Source: Candidatus Falkowbacteria bacterium
Lineage (GTDB): Bacteria > Patescibacteriota > Patescibacteriia > UBA11705 > JABHMO01
Direction: 5' to 3'
Length of the DNA: 64,000 nucleotides
Assembly: GCA_018674305.1 (NCBI GenBank)
Contig: JABHAL010000008.1
Coordinates: forward strand, 954 to 64,953
Shown here one piece after another: positions 52,900 through 61,488 of this stretch. The number at the start of each line of letters is the position of its first letter. Within the stretch, counting starts at the first letter, position 1. The translations under genes and the position numbers were made by a program. Below the pieces are notes generated by a model. That model was given only the letters and a program-made list of their open reading frames with translations, searched no databases and was not told where the DNA came from.

Positions 52900-54363
52900 T
52901 TATCTTTTACCGTATTTCTTTGAGTCAGGTCCTCGGCCATCTTGTCCATGGACATGTACTTTTTCTATGAAATCTAATTTGATACTGCAACCGCCAAGAT
53001 TGAATTTTTTTCTTAATTCTTTTTTTATGAAGCGACGGTAGGCATAGTTGATAGCTTTTGACTGATTAGCAACAAATTCAAAACCAAGTGGGTTAATTTG
53101 AGTTTGTTTCATGGTGTGGATGAATGGAGGTTTTGTACCTTTGCTTCTTGGTGGTACTTTTTTCTTGAGCAAAGATCTCAAAAACTCATCAATCTCAGTT
53201 TGTTCAAAAGTAGTATTTTGCTTTTCGTAGGTCTGTATTATTATATCAAGTAATCGTTGAACTTTAAATCCCGTTTTGGCAGATATGAAAATTACGGGTG
53301 CCCAAGTCAAGAAAGGAATACTTCGGTCTAAGTATGCAATATAATCTTTGTCACTATGAGTGGACTTTTCTTCTACCAAATCCCACTTGTTGACCACGAA
53401 AATTATGGATTTATAATTATCAGAAATTGCTTGAGTCAGGGTTTTGTCCTGCATAGTGATTGGTTGGTCCGCGTCAAATAAAAGAAGGACAATGTCGCTA
53501 CGTTTGAGACTGCCAATACTTTGATCAATGCTCATTTCTTGAAATTTATTAGCGACTTTTCTTTTTTTAATAATTCCAGCTGTGTCAGTGAAGGTGAGTA
53601 GGTATTGGCCGGCAGGGGCGTCTGGGAGTGATTCAGCTGAACCTTCTATTCCTTGTGTTGGGTCGTAGCCAATGGTTGCATCTTGGCTATCGCGAGTGGT
53701 GTGCGGAACAGAAGAAACAATCGATTTTTCAGCACCCACAATTTTATTCAAAAGCGAAGATTTTCCTACGTTAGGTTTTCCAATAAGAGCAATTCTTATT
53801 GTTCGATCTGCATTTTTTGATGAAGTCTCTTCGTTTCCTGGATGTTTTAGGTGGTCAACGCTTTTTAAGATATCATCTAGAAGATCACCAGTTCCAGCCC
53901 CTGTTTTTGCAGAAATAGGATGAATAGTTTTTATTGCTAGCTTTTGAAATTCGCCCAAACCGTCCATTTGTTTATTTGAATCGACTTTGTTAATTACTAA
54001 GAAAACTGGCTTGCCGGACTTTTTGATCAACTTGGCGTATTCTTTGTCTTGTGGAAGTAGACCATGTTTTGAATCAACAATTAGTAGATTTAAGTCTGAT
54101 TCTGTAATAGATTTTTTTGCCAGGTCAATTGCTTTTTTATCTATTTCTGTTCCAGAGTCAACATCAAGACCGGCTGTATCAGTTAAGGTTATGGTTTTTC
54201 CTAACCACAAACAGTTACCATAACGTTTATCACGGGTGGTACCTGGGATGTTTGAAACTATTGCTTGTTTGTTTTCTGTCAAACGATTAAAAATGGTCGA
54301 TTTTCCAACATTGGTTCGACCAATTAGCGCTATTACAGGAAATTGTGGTTTTATTTCTTTCAT
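52900..54363 (-). CDS. der: ribosome biogenesis GTPase Der
   Basis: Two G domains (GRTNVGKST, GKPNVGKSS, DTAG, NKVD/NKWD) and a KH-like C-terminus. Start at ATG 54363. Confidence 0.96.
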   Translation of the reverse strand: MKEIKPQFPVIALIGRTNVGKSTIFNRLTENKQAIVSNIPGTTRDKRYGNCLWLGKTITLTDTAGLDVDSGTEIDKKAIDLAKKSITESDLNLLIVDSKHGLLPQDKEYAKLIKKSGKPVFLVINKVDSNKQMDGLGEFQKLAIKTIHPISAKTGAGTGDLLDDILKSVDHLKHPGNEETSSKNADRTIRIALIGKPNVGKSSLLNKIVGAEKSIVSSVPHTTRDSQDATIGYDPTQGIEGSAESLPDAPAGQYLLTFTDTAGIIKKRKVANKFQEMSIDQSIGSLKRSDIVLLLFDADQPITMQDKTLTQAISDNYKSIIFVVNKWDLVEEKSTHSDKDYIAYLDRSIPFLTWAPVIFISAKTGFKVQRLLDIIIQTYEKQNTTFEQTEIDEFLRSLLKKKVPPRSKGTKPPFIHTMKQTQINPLGFEFVANQSKAINYAYRRFIKKELRKKFNLGGCSIKLDFIEKVHVHGQDGRGPDSKKYGKR

Positions 54364-54451
54364 AAAATTATAGGGGGTAAAGCATGAAGTATATTTTTTG
54401 AATAACTCCACGCCAAGGGGATAAAGGCGATAACAGTAAACATTCATGATT

Positions 54452-54499
54452 ATCAACTAAATCAACTAATTAACTAATTCGCTAATCAACTGATTAACT
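54452..54499. repeat. 8-mer AACTAATC-type tandem array
   Basis: ATCAACTAAATCAACTAATTAACTAATTCGCTAATCAACTGATTAACT; resembles the porB insertion. Confidence 0.5.
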
Positions 54500-54511
54500 T
54501 ATTGCTACTCT

Positions 54512-55924
54512 TTACTCTGCTACATCTTGCCCTAAAATTATTAAAAAGTCAAGGTCTAGGCCAGCCATATTTATTGCCCAGTCAGGAATGTTATTTTTTT
54601 GAATGTCTGTATTATATTTACTGGCTAAAAACTTTTCCTCTTCAGGTGCATTTTTTTGAGAAAGTTTATAAACTACGGTGTTTGTATAATTTTGTTTAGG
54701 TGAGTTACCGATTTTATTTACTCGATAACCGACCAATTTTAGTTCTTGTAAATTCCGAGAGGCCAGTCCAGCTATTGTGGTGCCGTTAAGGATTTCTACT
54801 GTGATTACTTTTTTTTGTTCCAAAATTTCTTGGCCTTTGAATATGTTTTTTGCAACATATTGAATTTGAGTAAAATCATCACCCTTTGGTTGTAGCACAT
54901 ATGCTTCATTGACAATGTTGGCGTAGAGAAATCCTCCAGGGCTGTCATCTAGTACTCGGGTAATAATATTTTCAGTGTCAATCTTTTCTGCCAGTTTGGC
55001 AAGTTTGACCAGTTCCCATGGTTCTAGGTCGGTTCGAATGTGACCAGCTAAAGCGCTGGTGAATTTTTTTATTTTTCTAGGACTTAAAAGAAAGCTATAT
55101 GAGAAAATTCTACTTTTGAAAGCCTGAAGTATTTTTTGTTGTCTCTGACTACGAGCGAAATCAGAGCCTTCTCCATTACTGCCGTGACGAGATCGTGCAA
55201 ATTTTAAAGCTGCATCGCCGTCCATGGTTTGCCACCCTTGTTCAAATGAAACAACTTGGTATTTATAGTCTAAGGTTGGATATTGAAAGTCTGTGAAACT
55301 TGTATCGACAGAAACCTTAATGCCTCCGACGTCATCAATAATTTTTTCAAAACCAGCAAAGTCTATTCTTACGTAATAATGTATAGGTAGTTCAAAGACT
55401 TGGTTAACCACTTGCTTGACAAGTTCGCCTCCGTTGCCAGGACTTTGCTTTTCACCAAAAGCATTAGCGTTATTGATTTTCCACCAACCAAAGCCAGGTA
55501 TTTCTGTTAGTAGGTCGCGGGGGATAGAGACCATTCCAATTTGTTTGGTTGACGGTTTGATACTGGCCAAAATAACAGTGTCAGTTAAATAGGGTCCTTC
55601 ATGCCCAGCACCTCCCATACCGAGAAGTAAGATATTGATCCGATCATCGGACTCTCCTTGTAATTGATTCCCTTCGCCTGCCAAAGAATTTAGCTGTTGA
55701 AAAATGTTAATTTTCCCACTAAAAATATCATTAACGCTATTGTTGGTAAACAAAACTTGGTAAGAGAAAACCACAAAAGCCAAGACTAAAACGATAAATA
55801 AGTAAAGGATGAACTTACTTACTTTGAAAATTCGTTTGCCTCGTGGATATTGGTTATCAGCTCTGTTTAGGAGGTTTATACGTGGATCAACCATTGGGTC
55901 AGATTTTTGATTATATGTTTTCAT
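54512..55924 (-). CDS. LCP (LytR-CpsA-Psr) family protein with LytR C-terminal domain
   Basis: TM helix, NILLLG, TDT, SIPRD, KIN, RSRH, SDFAR..RQQ, ILNGT...GLA. Confidence 0.93.
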   Translation of the reverse strand: MKTYNQKSDPMVDPRINLLNRADNQYPRGKRIFKVSKFILYLFIVLVLAFVVFSYQVLFTNNSVNDIFSGKINIFQQLNSLAGEGNQLQGESDDRINILLLGMGGAGHEGPYLTDTVILASIKPSTKQIGMVSIPRDLLTEIPGFGWWKINNANAFGEKQSPGNGGELVKQVVNQVFELPIHYYVRIDFAGFEKIIDDVGGIKVSVDTSFTDFQYPTLDYKYQVVSFEQGWQTMDGDAALKFARSRHGSNGEGSDFARSQRQQKILQAFKSRIFSYSFLLSPRKIKKFTSALAGHIRTDLEPWELVKLAKLAEKIDTENIITRVLDDSPGGFLYANIVNEAYVLQPKGDDFTQIQYVAKNIFKGQEILEQKKVITVEILNGTTIAGLASRNLQELKLVGYRVNKIGNSPKQNYTNTVVYKLSQKNAPEEEKFLASKYNTDIQKNNIPDWAINMAGLDLDFLIILGQDVAE

Positions 55925-56222
55925 AATAAAAATACTAGCGAGTTTTAGCTTACTCTGGGTTAATTATAGGTCATAAATATGAAAGAGGCAATAGTTAGAT
56001 GAAGGTATCAGTAAATAGTAATTAGTGAATAGTGAATAGTAATTAGTAAACGGTTCAACTCACTTGTAATTTTATCAGCTTGACGGAAAGCTTGGTTATA
56101 TGTTATTTTTGTGCTATACTAAAATAGAATAAAAGTGGATAACTTTTGTAAGATTTTTGGGTTTTAGGGCTTTATTTGCAATCGTTATGATTTTAAAACT
56201 AGGAGCTGGAGCTTAAATTACT

Positions 56223-56828
56223 ATGGGTTTTGTTAATAAAGAGTATTTTGGAGAAAAAGAATTAACACCAACGCAAAAAGTTTTGCAGTTTTTTTGGGAC
56301 TTGCTTAAAGTTGTTTGCGTATCATTGGCAATAATCATTCCAGTACGTTATTTTTTAATTCAACCATTTTACGTTAAGGGCGCTTCAATGGAACCAAGTT
56401 TTTATGATCATGAGTATTTGATCATTGACGAAATTAGTTATCGGTTTAATGACCCCAGTCGTGGCGATATTATTGTATTTAAGTATCCGAAGGATCCATC
56501 TCAGTATTTTATCAAGCGTATAATTGGCTTGCCTGGTGAAGTGGTAGATATTTCTGATAATCGAGTTTATATTCATGGCGCAGATGATAACAAACAAAAA
56601 TTTTTATTAGAAGAAAATGAATATTTACCTGACGAAAACAGGACTTTAGATAGTCGGAAGTGGACTCTCGGTCCAGACGAATATTATGTGATGGGTGATA
56701 ATCGAGAGTATAGTTTGGATTCTCGTCGATTTGGCCCAGTTGATAGTAGTTTAATTATTGGGAGAGTTTGGTTTAGAGGTTGGCCATTTTGGCGATTCAC
56801 AACTTTTCCAGAAGTCCAATATCAATAA
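56223..56828 (+). CDS. lepB: signal peptidase I
   Basis: GASMEP, RGDI.VF, FIKRIIGLPG, GDNR..S.DSR.FG. Confidence 0.95.
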   Translation: MGFVNKEYFGEKELTPTQKVLQFFWDLLKVVCVSLAIIIPVRYFLIQPFYVKGASMEPSFYDHEYLIIDEISYRFNDPSRGDIIVFKYPKDPSQYFIKRIIGLPGEVVDISDNRVYIHGADDNKQKFLLEENEYLPDENRTLDSRKWTLGPDEYYVMGDNREYSLDSRRFGPVDSSLIIGRVWFRGWPFWRFTTFPEVQYQ

Positions 56829-56903
56829 AAAAGTTTAAAGTATTATTATATAGTAATTAGTTTTTAGTAAGTGGATTTACCTTAATTTTTAACTAGTTTA
56901 ATT

Positions 56904-58229
56904 ATGCCAAGAAGAAAAAAAGAAGAACAACCACAAGAAGAAATAAAAAAGATAAAAACACCTTCTCTTGTTGAAGGAATGCGGGATTTCTTGCCAGCAG
57001 ATCAGAAATATATAAATTTTGTTGAAAAGGAATTACAGTCAGTGGTTGATGATTATAGTTTTACTAGGCTGGATACGCCTGTTTTGGAAAAGTACGAATT
57101 GTTTAATCATACTTTATTCAAACAAGGTGGTATTTTAGATAAAGAATCGTTTAGTTTTATTGACAAAGGCCAAAAGCTTATTCTCCGACCAGAAACTACA
57201 TCTTCAGTTGCTAGGGCTTTTATCGCTCATAATATGATTAATCAAATTATGCCGGTCAAAGTTTTTAATTGGGGCCCAGTTTTTCGACAGGGAAAAGTAG
57301 AAGCCAATAAGCTTCGCCAATTTACTCAAGTTAGTTTTGAAATTTTAGGGAACAAAACTGCAGCAATTGATGCTGAGTTAATTATTATTGCTTGCTCATT
57401 TTTGAAACGTATAGGTTTGAATGTTGAAGTTCGATTAAACAGTATGGGTTGTGTGTCTTGTCGCCCAGAGTATAGTAAGGCATTGACTGGTTATTTAAAA
57501 TCAAAGAGAGGTGCAGTTTGCGCTGATTGTAGAAAATATGTCACTAGAGATCCACTTAAATTTTTAAGTTGCCAGAATAATAAATGTAAACAAGTCAAGG
57601 ATGATGCCCCACAGATGGTTGATTGGTTGTGCGATGAATGTCGTGATCATTTATTTAGAGTTTTGGAATATTTAGATGAACTGAAGATTTCATATAAATT
57701 AGAAGCTGATTTATTTAGAGCTTTTGATTTTTACACCAAGACCGTTTTTGAAATTTATCCAATTACGGAAGAGGATGAAGTTAAATATTCAATTGCTGGT
57801 GGTGGTAGATATGATTATTTAATTCCTATGTTGAGTGGGCCAGAGGTACCAGCCGCTGGATTTAGTTTGGGACTTGAGCGAGTGGTCAATCAGTTAAAAG
57901 CACAAAAGGTGGAAATCCCTGTTGTTAAACAGACCGTTGTATATTTAGCTCAATTAAGTGAGCAGGCTAGACAAAAGGCTTTTTCATATTTTGAAAAATT
58001 GAGAAACGAAGATTTTGTGGTCAAGGCTAATTTTTCCAAAAGAAGCTTGAAAGAACAGCTAGATATGGCAAAAAAGCAAAATGCAAAATTTGTTCTAATT
58101 TTAGGCCAGAAAGAAGTTAATGAAAACACTATTATACTTAGAGATATGGAAAGTGGTATTCAGGAGGTTTTGAATGCGGATAAGGCTATAAAAGAAATTA
58201 ATAAGCGTCTTAGAGAAAGAAAAGCCTAG
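56904..58229 (+). CDS. hisS: histidine--tRNA ligase or divergent paralog
   Basis: GMRD, TP..E, LRPE.T, RQF.Q, GGGRYD, G.ER and HGTP domain; several active-site motifs are divergent. Confidence 0.8.
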   Translation: MPRRKKEEQPQEEIKKIKTPSLVEGMRDFLPADQKYINFVEKELQSVVDDYSFTRLDTPVLEKYELFNHTLFKQGGILDKESFSFIDKGQKLILRPETTSSVARAFIAHNMINQIMPVKVFNWGPVFRQGKVEANKLRQFTQVSFEILGNKTAAIDAELIIIACSFLKRIGLNVEVRLNSMGCVSCRPEYSKALTGYLKSKRGAVCADCRKYVTRDPLKFLSCQNNKCKQVKDDAPQMVDWLCDECRDHLFRVLEYLDELKISYKLEADLFRAFDFYTKTVFEIYPITEEDEVKYSIAGGGRYDYLIPMLSGPEVPAAGFSLGLERVVNQLKAQKVEIPVVKQTVVYLAQLSEQARQKAFSYFEKLRNEDFVVKANFSKRSLKEQLDMAKKQNAKFVLILGQKEVNENTIILRDMESGIQEVLNADKAIKEINKRLRERKA

Positions 58230-58330
58230 ATAGACTTGACTTTTTAGGAAAATTTAGCTAATCTTGATCTTGGAATATATCATTATTATAGCTTCCATTG
58301 AATTAATAAATTATTTGAAAGGGCAATAAC

Positions 58331-58579
58331 ATGGCAATAGAGGTAAAACGAAAAAAGGGGGAAACATTTGAAGCTTTTGTCCGTCGTTTTAATAGACGGT
58401 TGATGCAGAGTGGCGTTGTACTTGAATTTAAGAAAAGGTTATATAACCGAAAGGACATGAGTCGTAATTTGCAAAAAGCAGATAAGATTTCTCGTAAAGA
58501 ATATCGAGAGAAAAAAGAATACCTTAAGAAAATAGGCCGTATTCCAGAAGAAACAAATACTCGCCGAAGACGATATTAG
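58331..58579 (+). CDS. rpsU: 30S ribosomal protein S21
   Basis: V...GE.FE...RRF.R.....GV..E.K pattern; followed by YqeY as is usual. Confidence 0.8.
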   Translation: MAIEVKRKKGETFEAFVRRFNRRLMQSGVVLEFKKRLYNRKDMSRNLQKADKISRKEYREKKEYLKKIGRIPEETNTRRRRY

Positions 58580-58660
58580 GGTAATTTTATAATTGAAACT
58601 TTCCAAATCTTTTCAACAGCTCTGGGCTGTTCTTGGAAGTTAAAATTTAGTATAATATAT

Positions 58661-59104
58661 ATGAGCCTAATAAATAATATTGAACAGGCTTTGGTACAAG
58701 CAATGAAAGACAAAAATGAATTGGTTTTGTCTACTTTAAGGATGTTGAAGAGTGCTATAAAAAACAAACAGATTGAAATAAAAAAAGAATTGCAAGATGA
58801 GGAGACTATTGCGATTCTAAAAAGTGAAATAAAAAAACGTAAAGAGTCAGCAGAAATGTTTGGTCAGGCAGGACGGTCGGAATTGGCTGAGCGTGAATTG
58901 TCTGAGATAGAAGTATTGCAAGAATACTTACCAGAACAGATGTCAGTCGAAAAAATCAAGGAAGCTACTCAGCAGGTTATTAGTCAGTTGCCTGAAGATG
59001 ATAAAGGAAATTTTGGAAAAGTTATGAGACAGGTCATGACAGAATTGCAAGGGCAGGCTGACGGCAGCGCAGTTAGTCAAGTAGTGAAGGAATTACTTGG
59101 ATAA
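58661..59104 (+). CDS. GatB/YqeY domain protein
   Basis: AMKDK...LR.LK, KKRKES...F..AGR, YLP.Q, GKVM, ADG. Confidence 0.93.
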   Translation: MSLINNIEQALVQAMKDKNELVLSTLRMLKSAIKNKQIEIKKELQDEETIAILKSEIKKRKESAEMFGQAGRSELAERELSEIEVLQEYLPEQMSVEKIKEATQQVISQLPEDDKGNFGKVMRQVMTELQGQADGSAVSQVVKELLG

Positions 59105-59198
59105 TTTGCGAACAAACCTAAAATCAAAAATAAAAATTAATATACATTTCATCTAGGGCAAAAGAAATGTAGGCTTAAAGGTGAAATGTGCGGGGACA

Positions 59199-61388
59199 AT
59201 GTATAATTATAATGTGTTATCTCAGAAAGTGGTTAAAATAACTGTCAGTTGTTTAGTGTTGATATTGGCAGTTTTTTTATTTGTGCCAATACCGGTTCAG
59301 GCTCAGGATGTTAGTGGAACGGATGCAGAAATGAATTTAGACGCAGCCGCTGGTCAGACAGTTTTAGAAAAAACAGATCCGCGAATTATTGTGGGTAATA
59401 TTATTAAAGTAGCCTTGGGCCTTTTGGGTGCAGTGGCTCTTATAATTGTACTTTATGCTGGGTTTGTCTACATGACTTCTGGTGGTGACGCCGCTAAAAT
59501 AGAAAAAGCCAAAAAATGGTTAGTCAATGGATTTATTGGTATGGTTATTATTTTTGCTGCTTACTCAATTACGGTATTTATATTCAATATGTTATTAGGA
59601 GAGGAAGCTAAATATGATCCAAGTGGTTATTTCGCGGCAGCAGGGTTACCAGGCGGTGGCTATAATATTTCTGGTGGTGCATTTGGTCATATTATTCAAA
59701 GTCATTATCCAGAACCGGATCAAAAAGATTTACCACGAAATACAATGATTTTGGTTACTTTCAAAAACAAAATTTATCTAGAGTCTGTTATTAATAAAAA
59801 TGACAATTTAAATTGTCCTAAAGACGATGATGGAAATCCAATTCCTCGTTGCGGTGAAATAAAAAAGAATGCGGTTCGTATTTATAAATGTGAGGACATG
59901 ATGGATGACAATGATTTGGATGAAGATCAAACTTGTGAGCAAGTGCCTTTTTACGATATTAAAGATGGTAAATTTTGTGATACCTCTGCTGATTGTGGTG
60001 GTGGCCAATGTTTAAATGAAACTTGTAGTGACAATAAGTTGGTACCCGGTTATGCCATGATGACAGAGGACCAGCAAACTATAATTTTTAATCCTTTTTA
60101 TGATTTAGATATGCATTTAGGTAGTGAAGATGAAGATGTTACATACATAGTTTATTTGACTCCAAATATTAAAAAGGAAAATGCCGAAGGTGGTGAAGGT
60201 TCAGGTGTCTTTAATTCTTCTTACCCTGATTATAAATGGAGATTTACAACTGGCACATTTTTAGATTTAACTCCTCCTCAAATCAGTTCAGTTGTACCGG
60301 TCAATGTGGCATATCCAGTGGAAGAGCCTGTCGGGTGCAATTGTTCACCAAAGAAAATTGGTTGTTCAAAAACAGATTGTGACGGAAAAGTTTATTTAAA
60401 TCAAGGAGTGTATATTAATTTCAATGAGCCAGTGATACCGCCACTTACTCAAACGCAGAATTGTGATGATGGTGATCAGGATAACGAAGTTCAGGTGGTT
60501 GCTGGAGAGAATGGAGATTCATTGCCTGGCTGTAGCTCAAGTCATATTCCAGGAGGTTGGAAGGTTGGTATAAATAAATATCGAACGGTTCAGTTTATGG
60601 CAGGTACTGAATGTGCAGATGGCGCAAAAAATTCTTGTGGTGAGGCAGCCTTTTGTTTGCCAACTAATGCTGATATAACAGGAAAAGTTTTAGCTGCTAA
60701 GATCGTTGGGGAAGGCATTGCAATCCCTGGTACTGGAATAGTGGACATGGGTGGAAATTCTCTAGATGGGAATGAAAATGGAGTAGCGGATGGCCCAGGT
60801 TTAATATCAGCAGAGCCAGAGGACTTAGTTGCCTTGAAGGATAATTTTTTCTGGGGATTTCTGACTGGTAATGTTCTAGATTTGCTCGGTCCTGGATTAA
60901 CTGGGTTAGATCCGCTTAATTCCAAGGGTGAAGTTACGCCTGTCACTTTAGTTAATGCTACTTTTGATGAAGATTTAGATGGCTATACCGTGGATACTGA
61001 AGTTTATTTATATGGAACTAATGGTGACGGTAGTCCTTTTAAGGGTTGGTTTGACCCAAATTATGGAATAGAGCAAGCAGCGCCGGTTGAAGGAGAAGAT
61101 CCACCGGAGCCGGTTATTATTATGAACAAAATTACCATGAGTCATGCGCCGTTCAAGGAGTATGATGAAACAGAAGAGTCTTTGCCAATATATACTCCAA
61201 TTATAAAATCTGAACTAAAAGATTCTCGTTTCAATTGCTTCAGTCCTACTAAAGAGGTTAGTAGTGATGCGGTTGATAATAGTGATTGTTGGAACGACGT
61301 AGGACCAGGAGAGTCTTGCTGTCCGCAAGATGGAACATTCCGATTGAATGGTGAGCCCGGAGAAGAGTGTCCTATTCCGATTAATTAA
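59199..61388 (+). CDS. N-terminal VirB2-like pilin fused to Ig-like (Big_5-type) and Cys-rich domains
   Basis: LG.LG.VA.IIVLYAGF.YMTSGGD..KI.KAKK...NG.IG; HYPEP...LPRN..I.VTF; W.FTTG...D.TPP. Start uncertain (59181-59214). Confidence 0.85.
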   Translation: MYNYNVLSQKVVKITVSCLVLILAVFLFVPIPVQAQDVSGTDAEMNLDAAAGQTVLEKTDPRIIVGNIIKVALGLLGAVALIIVLYAGFVYMTSGGDAAKIEKAKKWLVNGFIGMVIIFAAYSITVFIFNMLLGEEAKYDPSGYFAAAGLPGGGYNISGGAFGHIIQSHYPEPDQKDLPRNTMILVTFKNKIYLESVINKNDNLNCPKDDDGNPIPRCGEIKKNAVRIYKCEDMMDDNDLDEDQTCEQVPFYDIKDGKFCDTSADCGGGQCLNETCSDNKLVPGYAMMTEDQQTIIFNPFYDLDMHLGSEDEDVTYIVYLTPNIKKENAEGGEGSGVFNSSYPDYKWRFTTGTFLDLTPPQISSVVPVNVAYPVEEPVGCNCSPKKIGCSKTDCDGKVYLNQGVYINFNEPVIPPLTQTQNCDDGDQDNEVQVVAGENGDSLPGCSSSHIPGGWKVGINKYRTVQFMAGTECADGAKNSCGEAAFCLPTNADITGKVLAAKIVGEGIAIPGTGIVDMGGNSLDGNENGVADGPGLISAEPEDLVALKDNFFWGFLTGNVLDLLGPGLTGLDPLNSKGEVTPVTLVNATFDEDLDGYTVDTEVYLYGTNGDGSPFKGWFDPNYGIEQAAPVEGEDPPEPVIIMNKITMSHAPFKEYDETEESLPIYTPIIKSELKDSRFNCFSPTKEVSSDAVDNSDCWNDVGPGESCCPQDGTFRLNGEPGEECPIPIN

Positions 61389-61393
61389 TAGAG

Positions 61394-61412
61394 AGACGCG
61401 ATTAATCGCGTC
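61394..61412. repeat. REP-like palindrome identical to the folC insertion core
   Basis: AGACGCGATTAATCGCGTC equals 45389-45407. Confidence 0.8.
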
Positions 61413-61488
61413 CGTGCATAGTAGAGTTGATCACAGTGGTCTTTTATTCCTACTTCAAGTTTTAAATAAAAAATAAAATATAACGTGG

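Noticed and set aside
55925..56222. Possible oriC between divergent genes
   Set aside because: Only one DnaA-box-like sequence (GTGGATAA near 56135) is present and dnaA is not nearby; the AT-rich part is a TAGTRAA 7-mer array.
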